A stretch of DNA of 64,000 bases from Phoronis australis (taxonomy: Eukaryota > Animalia > Phoronida), in the NCBI GenBank assembly GCA_002633005.1, contig NMRA01000017.1, positions 330,260-394,259 on the forward strand, in the 5' to 3' direction. How positions within the stretch are numbered: position 1 is the first letter of the stretch; every line of letters begins with the position of its first letter. The translations under genes were made by a program, and so were the position numbers. The notes beneath the pieces are model-generated. The model worked only from the letters and a program-made list of their open reading frames with translations. It had not been told where the DNA came from and did no database searches. Shown piece by piece: positions 54,365-64,000 of this stretch.

Positions 54365-54730
54365 TGGAGAGAGTCAGGGGTGGGAGACAAGTAGAGAGGG
54401 AAGGTGTTAGAAGGTTGGTGAGAGAAAGAGAGAGAGGGGGAGGGAGAGAGGGAGAGGGAGAGCGAAATTGAGGAGGAGGGAGAGAGAAAGGAGAGATAAG
54501 GAATNGGAAATGGGGGAGACAGAATGTGAAGGAAGGCTGAATATGGGGTGTGGCAGAAGGTGACGGAAGGAGTCGGAGATAAAGGATGTCTGAGGGGAAT
54601 TGGGAAGAACATATAGGAAGGTGTTGGAAGCCAATTGGATTAAACTGGAAGGACAGCAGGGGAGAGGGAAGGGAGCGGTGTGGTGTACAAAAGGTGGATT
54701 AGGAGAGTGCAAGGCAGAAAGAATGAAGGA
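54365..54730. repeat. Purine-rich (GA) low-complexity tract
   Basis: Strong G/A strand bias with GAG/GGA runs; contains an N. Confidence 0.85.
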
Positions 54731-55577
54731 TTTAAGTTCAGTGTTCTGCTAAGTGAATTTGCATTGGCCAACATCACCTCATAATGGAAATCATACTTTA
54801 TGTTAAACTTGAAGCCAATCAGAAGACAAAAAATTGGTAGTATTAGACGTCCAGTGATACTTCTGTCTTCTGATTGGCTGAAACGCAGTATGACAGCTTG
54901 CGTTAACCAACCGAGAGCGAAATGTCACTTTTCATTCACGCCCTCTCCAATATCAGGTGTTACTGTTCACAATCTGACCAATCAGACACTGTAGAATTCA
55001 TAAACTCTAATCATGAAGCGAGCAGACATCAACGCATCAAAGTAGATTAGAGCAAGCTGATCATCTAACATGAGACAAAAAATCAGAGGAAAGAAGCATC
55101 AGTGGTCATGTGATCAAACAATTGACCGATCTTTTGGATGTCTCAGACTCTCAGGTCATGTGGGCCTTGCCGGAGAGCAATATTGTTGAGTGCAATATTG
55201 GTCTCCTTTGGTGCATATGACCTGATATTACACTCGGGATCAGTCCATATTTGGATATAGGATTGCTCAGATAAAATGTTATATTTCACGCTACAATGGG
55301 CTGAAGTTAATATTGTATTGATCTTCCTGTTTAGCTGAGGTAAGATAGTATATTTCTCCTCCTTTAAGCTGGAGTAATATTTGTGTCGTTCCCATGTGAA
55401 AGTTCTCTAAAAAATCCCAGTATATATTCAGCAGGAGAGATGTTTGCATATTTATGTTTGCAAACAAAGGTCACCTCTGAGGCATAAATCTCTACACTAA
55501 TCCTACAAATGCAAAAATTGTCCCAGTAAATATTTTCATCTTAGTTGAACAGCAAAATTAGCAATAAAAGGAAAGAT

Positions 55578-55734
55578 AAATAACACATTATAAATAACGC
55601 ACACTGTAAATAACGCACACTGTAAATAACGCACATTGTAAACAACGCACATTGTAAATAACGTGCATTATAAATAACACACATTGTAAATAAAAGACAT
55701 TTTAAATAACAAAATTTTAAATAACACACATTGT
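55578..55734. repeat. Minisatellite, 16-bp unit (AATAACGCACATTGTA)
   Basis: About 10 copies. Confidence 0.93.
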
Positions 55735-56562
55735 ACCTGCTATTTCCTGTAGGATGTGTCCCAACTTATAATATGTCTAGCCTTAAAGCAACGCAATAGG
55801 GGACTTACTTGACTTGTGTTCGCCATAGTACAGTCAAAGCCCCAAGTCAGTGCTCTGATACACCTGGTGTAATGTGGAATTTGAATATTTCAATGGGGGG
55901 AGGGCATTCAAGACATCCTGTACTTTGTGACTTTTTTATTTGTTTAATTTGGTATGTAACTGGTGTTATCAGCCTTACGTATGTCAATAGGAGATACAAA
56001 GCTTGCATTCTCATTACATGGGGACAACGTATTATTAGAAATAATTCCTGTAAAAATATTGCTGTGAAGTTTCTGAGATTCTGAAATACACGGGAACACT
56101 TTAAATATATTCCCCCTTGTATCTTGAGTGACAATGTATTTCATATGTGCAGCTGGAGTAACATCATATTTCACGATGTAGTTAGAATATTTTATTTCTG
56201 CCCTCCAGCTGCCAGTGACATTACGTTTCACTACAACGAAAGTTATTCTACATTATTGATCATCAGTGTTTCTTGTTCAAACACAACATTCAAGGGAATG
56301 AGTGCTTCCTATTTTTTAAACAAAAACAAATTCAAATTCTATGTATGATGTCTATTATTCATTCATGTTAGACAATATTACAACTCCACTTGCGTCAATG
56401 TAGCCTTATCAGCTTATATACTCTCTTCACAAGTTTTTAATTTTCAATAGACTCTGTGTTTGTCCACTAATCAATATTAAGGTATTTACCGGTACTGTAG
56501 AAACTATTTTCTCATTCAGATTTAAAGAAAGCACTGCATTAGTCCATTGATTTAATATCGTA

Positions 56563-57254
56563 CCGTACTTGTCCAAATTAACGTCCATGCTCATCTCACA
56601 CAAGTTCCAATGCTTGGCTTATCACCCCCCCCCCCAAATTTATACGGTCTAGACTTCTAAGTGCCTTCGTCTTAGTGAACGCACATCACAGCAGAATTTT
56701 GGCTCCAAAAGAGCCTACCTTTGGGTCACAGTCAGTTAGTCTCGGCAGAACCTTGCCTTTAAGTTGGTTGGAGAAAATGCTTATTACGTCCTGCTCTTTT
56801 CTAAAGGAGATATGAAATGGTTGTTTCGGCTTGCGAGCATTCTAATATACTTAATGAACTATGACATAAACCTCATTTATCGTACTTGGTGTGTCAAAAA
56901 CAGTGAAAGAAGCGCATGGTCAGCTTAATCAGTACGCACAATGCTCATTTTCGGAAAGTTAAGAATACACTGCGTAAAAGCCAGGGTACTACTAAAGTAC
57001 CATGCGGGACCACTCCATTATTCTAAAGGGCAGGCCCCTTTGTTTACAATCTCCTGGTGTTTTATTTGGTGCTCGAGCAGAAAGTATGATGTCAATGGTG
57101 CTTCCGATTGATCGTTTGGACAAGCGACCTCCCCCCCCCCCTCGACTTCTCAGAAATGTCTATTTTGACAGATTCATGCCTGACTTCTTGTCCATCTTCA
57201 GATTTTTGAGTGCCACGATTGAAGTGTCCTGGGTAATAATCCAGATGAGTACGG
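56563..57254. mobile_element. Non-autonomous TIR element (Tc2/pogo-like ends)
   Basis: TA-CCGTACTTGTCCAAATTAA ... TAATCCAGATGAGTACGG-TA. Confidence 0.7.
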
Positions 57255-57815
57255 TAAAAAGCTCCTTGAATTTACTGTTTGAAACTTGCCATCTAAGAGA
57301 TTTAATTGTATGAATATTGTATGATTGAGTGCTTTGGACTGCTAGGTCACTGACACGGATGCGTGGTTGATGTGTGTGAAGACATGATAATCCCCCGTTT
57401 GTCGTACTAAAAATTTATAACCTCATAAATAGTGGCTTGATTAATTTTCCATAAATGAATGATTGTAGTATACGTTCTCTGGTATCAGCAGGTGATCTGT
57501 TCTATAACTACTCTCTTCGCATTGGTACGAGCGGGTCTATCAGTCGCTTATAAGTGGCTTAATACCATGCATCAATAGTGTGACATTTGGCTTATGAGCT
57601 TTTGTCTTGAATTATGCGTTGCTCCTATGAAACCTTGTCAGAGAAAGTCTAACAAAGTGAGACACAGGCACAATAAAATTTTGAGCTGGATTTTTATGTT
57701 TTTGTCTACCTACATAGTGGTATAGTACTCAAACGGCAAGCAACACTAACTTCAGGAATCACGTTTAATGAAATCCCGAGTTATAGCATGTTTGTAATGT
57801 ACAAGAAGAGTTTTA

Positions 57816-58244
57816 AGCTGTATTTACTTGAGAGACAGGCGACCGACCCGGCACAGCTAACACGGAACAGCTGCTCCAGTGCAAGTGTGTGTGTAAACAC
57901 AACTGACACGGAGCGAGTGACTCAGCGGCGACCAGTTTTTAACACCGGTTTCATAGGTTGAGCGAGTTACACACGATCAGTTGCTCCAGCGTCAACTGCA
58001 TGTCTAAACACAACTGGGACAGGCTGGAAAGGGATCATCTTTCAATGCACTTGCGCAGTAGCTTGTGTTCGGGTGAACAACTGGCATTCCACGTGGTATG
58101 GACATTCGCTATTGTTTATACGAGCGTGCACAGACAATATTTTGTAAGTGATTCCTGCTGATCCATTGTAAATGCAACTAAAGTGGAGCAAGTCGTCCCG
58201 TGGCCACTGACACGGTGACAACTGCCTCTCGTGTAAAAGCGGCT
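57816..58244. mobile_element. PIF/Harbinger-like MITE
   Basis: Imperfect TIR AGCTGTATTTACTTGAGAGACAG / CTGCCTCTCGTGTAAAAGCGGCT with TTA flanks; internal GTAAACACAACTG and GACACGG repeats. Confidence 0.65.
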
Positions 58245-58331
58245 TTAGTATGCTGGTTATGCCAAGGAATAGTTATGGAACGACTGTGATGTTTGAGAAT
58301 GGTTTTAGAATTGTTATGATGTTAAACGATA

Positions 58332-58631
58332 CAGTAAAAACTCTTCAGTTTGGCACAGTCTCAAAAATTTGGGACTCCAGACTTGAAGCCAAAATTGAAT
58401 CTACAGATCTATAGATTGTTGTTTGGGAGATTTGTGCGTTCATCATATTTCTCAGGTATTGGACACTGCATTTTACACCACAAAAAGCAAAAATAGACAT
58501 CGCAAAATTGCTGTTTGTTTGTGATAGTAATTCTTGAGTTTGATATGGTCATTATGACCTGTTTCTAAAGTTCCATTACCTTGAGCAAAATAATTGATTT
58601 TTCACTGGCCCAATCTGAATATTATTTACCC
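58332..58631. mobile_element. MITE family A, copy 3
   Basis: TA-CAGTAAAAACTCTTCAGTTTGG left end; colinear with 22975-23318. Confidence 0.7.
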
Positions 58632-60301
58632 TAGCTTTAGAATATCTCTGGGTATTGAAGAATAGTTTTAGCTTTACTTTAGGGTTGAAGTAAGAAAACC
58701 GACACCAAATCATTGCGCGGCTGTGAATGATGCATGTATTCATTATGTCTATTTGACACCTGCTGTGAAAGCAAAATATGTGACCAGTCTAGAAGTACTG
58801 TTTTCTGTTTGGTTGTGGATAGTGGTGACACCTAGTAACTATGTCTGTGACTAAACTTTGATTTACCTATTTGTCTATAGATGTCTCTGTACTCCTTAGA
58901 AGACTAGATTACATGAGTATGCTTGAATAACTATCGAGATAATTGCTTTTGCCTGTGTAAGCAGGATCAGAAAAAAAAATGAAAGCTCTCAGTTTGGGTG
59001 AAGTGTATCGTTAAGATGCGCTGCTTTAATCAGAAATACCTTTTTGTGACTTTTTGAAATGATTGCCATATTGAGTGGTTTGTGCTTTCACGTGTTGTGA
59101 CTGATCAAATTGAAATGAGACAGTAATGTGCTTGCTGTCTTGCTACTTCTACCAATACTTGCTTTGTTGAACTTTTTCAGCATCATTGACTAATAAGATG
59201 ACTGACTACTGGAGCCTGTGTCTATTGATGCAGCACGTGTATTGATCGGAGGTCATAAATGTTGATTTAAGAAAAGCCTACTCACACATATCTAGTTATT
59301 TAGGTTTGTATGTTATGTTGACTAATGAGTTTTGTTAACAGTTGTAAACGCACCAATCAATGAGCTATCCCAGTTTCAACAGATCAATATAATCATATGG
59401 CCTTAAACCTGTGCTTTCTGACAAAAAAAATCTTTGATGCAGGGTCATTTGTTATCAGTCATAAATTTGGTCTTCTCTGGTTCCTTACTCAGTTTAAAAG
59501 TGATCTCTGTACTCGGGAGGTGTAGAGAGCTCTGACAGTCTGTTATTTCTTCAAACCAAGCTCATAAAATTTCATGTAATGTCATGACCTGAAATTTTGT
59601 GAGTTTCAAGTTGCCCTCAAGCAATAACAAACTCAGTATATGGGGGGGGGGAGCTATGTTGACTTTGGACCTCTCTTGCAAGAGTCAAACAATCAAATAA
59701 GACATCAGCAGATTTTAGACAATGTAGCGAGGGGCATGGCGTCTAGAATGGACTGATCACGCACAGTTGTTAGGTATTATGATATTGCTTTTCTTGATGT
59801 GTGTCTTTAAATTTCAATTTTGCGATAACATGACACACATAATAAGCTGGCCGTGCACTGCTCAGTGAAATGCATTCTCCATTTTCTGAGTATGATTATA
59901 TTAGAATGCGGAGGAGCCACAGGGACCATGTCTCCTTCATTACAAAGCCCTAGAGTACGTGTACAATATATATTCCCACCTGTTAAGGCAAAGTTGCACA
60001 GAAACTGATTGATGGTTAGGCCTACTCAGAGTTATGGTCTAGGAAGTGTGTTTTTGTGTTTTATATTTATTTTTTTCAATCAAAAAGAGTTTCACATAGG
60101 TTTATGTATTACCATTTTAATAGTGCTTTGAACACGAATCAGAAATTTCCAACTTTCACAATATTAGAAAATGAAGATGAAGATTCGCGACATAAAGGTA
60201 TACTTTCCTTGATATGTTCACCAACTTCACCGGTCTTATTTTATGCTTAATTTAAAAAAAAAAATTAAAAGTGAGAGGGTTTTCTGTAGCACCCTCATTA
60301 C

Positions 60302-60317
60302 ATGTGGCACCAGTTGA
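60302..60317 (+). CDS. Weak candidate first exon (MWHQL, phase 1)
   Basis: 5 codons + 1 nt; donor TGA|GTGAGT; very short. Confidence 0.25.
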
Positions 60318-63300
60318 GTGAGTATCGTAATGCATGAGTCAGCTGCCACTCAATACGGTGGCTATGTTTGGTGGTGCTGCACCACCAAAAATAAAAATTA
60401 AACTAAAAAATGTCAATTTCAGTTGTTATGTTTGAAAATATTTGGAGTTGTATTGAATGAGCATTATATGGGCTTAGGCTTTGACTGAACTTGCATTAAA
60501 TTTCATTTTATAAAGTTCTTAAATTAAGTAAGAAGAGTATCTTTAATGTTTTCTAAGCTAAGGAATATGGACTTGTCACTTTTTTGGAGTAAAACTGTAA
60601 ATGAATTAATCATGTTTGCTGGATTTAGAAGAAAATCTACTAGACCGTAGTATGTGTTGATTTATCAAGTTGTCATAGAGTATTGAAACTGAGTAGCTTA
60701 TGAGGAAATGTCAGTGAATTATATTATCGATAGGCATATCGATGTCGTCGTGTTGCGATTTCGCATACTCAGGTCTAGCCTGTTGACTGCCTCACCCATG
60801 GACTGCCTTACACGTGGACTGCCTTGTTGGTCACTCATAAGGCAGGGATTTTTTGACATTCCGTTTATGAGCTTCTAGAGAAGATAAATGTAAACTATTA
60901 TGTTCTGCATGCATTATTAAACAGGTCAAAACACAACATTGGGACAGTGAAGTGATTATGTAACTTATTTATCTGGGATACTGCTGTTTACCTATCTTCT
61001 AAGCCCACCATCGGCATTGAAAAGTGAAAATTAGGAAATTTCTGAGGGGGGGGGGTAAACTGAGCACAGGCATTAAAATCTGACTACTAAGTTGACAGGT
61101 TTATGTAGAGGTAGTTGCTTTTGCCTTTTGTGGATTTTGCTGAGGCATCACAGAGACTTGTCCTTATGTTTATTGTTGGCACTCAGCAAAGTGTAATCTG
61201 TGTGCATTGGATTTCTCCTTCGTCAATCCTTTAAGTAACATTAATATTTTATCACACATTGCAGTTTGCAGATTATTGCATACTGAAAAGTTCACAGTGA
61301 ATCTTTGATAGAAATCCAGGCATCCAACTTGGTGTTGCTATCTGCTGTTTATAGTTCTTATAATATTACGGAATGCTTTGAAGAAGAAACTACATAGTAG
61401 GAGGATTCCAACTGACACAGCCTATGAGAATGGTTCTTGTATCATGATGAACTTATTCGTCCTTGAGAATTAAACTGCTCGTGCAGTTTCACAAGGATTT
61501 CAGACTACACTGAGCCAAATTTGCGATTTGATTTTCTTGTAATGTTTAGCTTAGACTGCTGATTTAGGTTGGCCTGTTGGGGGTGGTTGTCCAAAAACGT
61601 AATCAAATATGATAAGCCACATTCTACAAATGGGCGCCACTGCTGTTCACCCCCAGTGCATAGAAATTCTGTTAGGCGTATGAAGTTAATGTCCTGAACA
61701 ATGCTATTTAAATTCTCCTTGTATTAACGTTGCCATGGTGATTGCTAATGGACAACGGAAGGGTCGACTGATTCTGAACAAAAAAGTGTTGTAGTTTTGA
61801 TTGTATCCTCGGCTTTAATGTGTAGGCTTGTGATATGGCAATTCTCGCTGAGGATTGTGTTTGGCTGGGTTATTGATGTTGAATTTTGTGTTCGATTTGT
61901 TTATTTATGATCTACACATCTTTAAGATATCAGTGTAAAATTGATTGACATCTGAGAGGAATGCCCTGAGGCTGAGGACTACCTTCATCTGTTTACCTGT
62001 GTTTATTGAAGCATATTTGATAATCACATATCCTGCATCAAATGCTGGCACATTAGGACTGTGCACACATGTTTTTGATGTTTTGTTGTGAAAGATACAG
62101 TACAGTCTCCAAGAGGATGTCTATCGTATAATGGTGTGAAATAATATGGATGTATTGGGCCATCATCTGGTGTCTCAGGACGTGTACATTTGATGAGTTC
62201 ATGTATATGGATAACTGTAACGAATTGTCAGAGTAGCGTGACATCATGGTGAAAACTGTGAATACCACTTGATATTGTTGATTGTTCCGTGAGACCATCT
62301 AATCCATTACCTTGCCACTATGGGGAGTAACTTGGATAAACTTTCTCGTGAAATCATGTGTAAGTATTGTTTGCTCGATATTTCTTGTCATGGCCTCACA
62401 AACTTAGACAGATGGTGAATTTTGTAATGTTAAATATCCCGTCAATTTTTCTGTCGGAAAATATCCATCATGCTGTTTTGTTACGAAGAAGTTGAGATAC
62501 AGACGATTAGTACTTGTCAACACGTTCAGGGACGATTGAATGGTGATCTCACAAACCAAGACATAGACATTACACTGAGTATGACTGTTTAAGAACAATA
62601 TTGTTGACTAGTTGAACGACTGTAATGCATTGATAATGGCCACTAACTGGGATCGACATTTTGAGAACCAGTTTTTACGATGAATAATAGGCATCAAACT
62701 GGTTCTATAAGTCTGGGACCCCTGTAAATGCTTGCTGAGGTGTTTACCCGAATGGTGGATTCAGGTAACCAACCCCCTAAAATAGCTTCATATACCTCAG
62801 ACTTACATGCAAGAGTCAACCAGAACATACAAGGCCAGTATGAGTGTTGTATCTCCTGGATACTGAAGGATGTCAATAGAATTTGCTTCCTCAAAATTGG
62901 ATAACTTTTTACATCTTAGGAGCTAAGACTCACAATAGACGAGCTTTCAGCAAGACATGATGGTCCTTTCAAGGAAGTCTTGATGATATATTTTGTGGTA
63001 GGTTTTAGTCGTGGCCGTTGAAAGATGACCGTTAAGCTGAACATTAGTGTACGCATATCTTTTGGTGGAATCAGTAATATTATTGAATTCATGTTGATAC
63101 ATTGCAGCAATGGTAAAATAACAAATCATTATGTATAAACATAAAATAATTTGCATAACTTTAAAGTTTATCTATTGAGGTATTTTGAGTGACGTCAATT
63201 GGATGTCTGCAGTCTAATTAATATTACGTCATCCTTTTGTGTACAGCTTGCAATGTGCTCTAGTCTACATGTACTTCATGTGTTTCATGGTTACTGTGCA

Positions 63301-63772
63301 GGTTTTCATCACTTATTCATTGTGGTTGATGCTAACCTCCACTTAGATTGCTTGACAGCTATTAGTCCCTGGCATGATAATAGCTTCAGCCAGTAGCCTG
63401 CACTCATTCTGTGAACTCTACATCTGACATCATTTTTTTCTTTTCTAGGATATCAGTTTCAATATTGATTTGTTTCTTGAATCTTTATGCTGTATGCACA
63501 TGTTGCCATTTGGTTGTTAGTTTGTGTTTTTGTCAACAGAGGGGATGTACCTGCATATGTGTTAAAATATCCAGGATCGGGGCCAACTGTGTGGCTATCA
63601 ACCTTCCCCAGGGATTTTTTCTGCTGTGCTTTATTCATGCGGTGGCTGTCGTGGAAACTGATTTAAGATTGATTTTTTTTTCATTAAATCTGCTGTTGTC
63701 ATGATGAATTTTTCAATTAAAGCACAAAAAATGAATAATATGGCCGTGGCTAACTTACAATCATCCCAGATA

Positions 63773-64000
63773 CAAGGCTTCGAATTTTCCGCGGAAACGT
63801 GGATTTCCGCTTTTTTCTGTTATTCCCTCCGCGTATTTTCGTTTTACTTCCGCGGAAAAAAATCGGATTTGCTATAAAGTTATCGCGGCAAATTGGTTTC
63901 TCACCGCGGCGTTGCTGACGGCTCTAAAAGCGGGAAGAGCTCTTTATGTTTCGGAGGAACAAAAATTGTAATTGCGGATCACAGGCGCTCGAATTTCCCG
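63773..64000. mobile_element. Second copy of the 14900 MITE, cut by the window edge
   Basis: CAAGGCTTCGAATTTTCCGCGGAAAC..GGATTTCCGCTTTTTT and GCTCTTTATGTTTCGGAGGAAC colinear with 14900-15100. Confidence 0.9.

Noticed and set aside
54241-54712. Ser/Pro/Leu-rich minus-strand ORFs of 101 and 123 aa
   Set aside because: Translation of a GA low-complexity tract

Overview
AT-rich, intron-like animal genomic DNA, probably a marine invertebrate. It is not prokaryotic, and almost all ORFs in the supplied track are spurious. No complete protein-coding gene is present. The main signal is a + strand array of short ATG-initiated exons spread over about 60 kb, each ending at a GT splice donor in phase 1. 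The best supported start at 1715, 5993, 10335, 23427, 26453, 41200, 45170, 47467, 50674 and 54056. Two of them (50674, 54056) are clear paralogues: 18 of the first 21 residues are identical, with 11 synonymous codon differences, which shows selection on the protein. The simplest reading is the 5' variable region of one large gene with many alternative promoters and N-termini, whose shared exons lie downstream of the window; I cannot name the gene. The window also holds several CTCF-like and RFX X-box-like motifs, a possible 6-nt microexon, a 5'-truncated LINE with a TSD, a decayed L2/CR1-type reverse transcriptase, several TIR elements, a tRNA-derived SINE-like element and about ten minisatellites.
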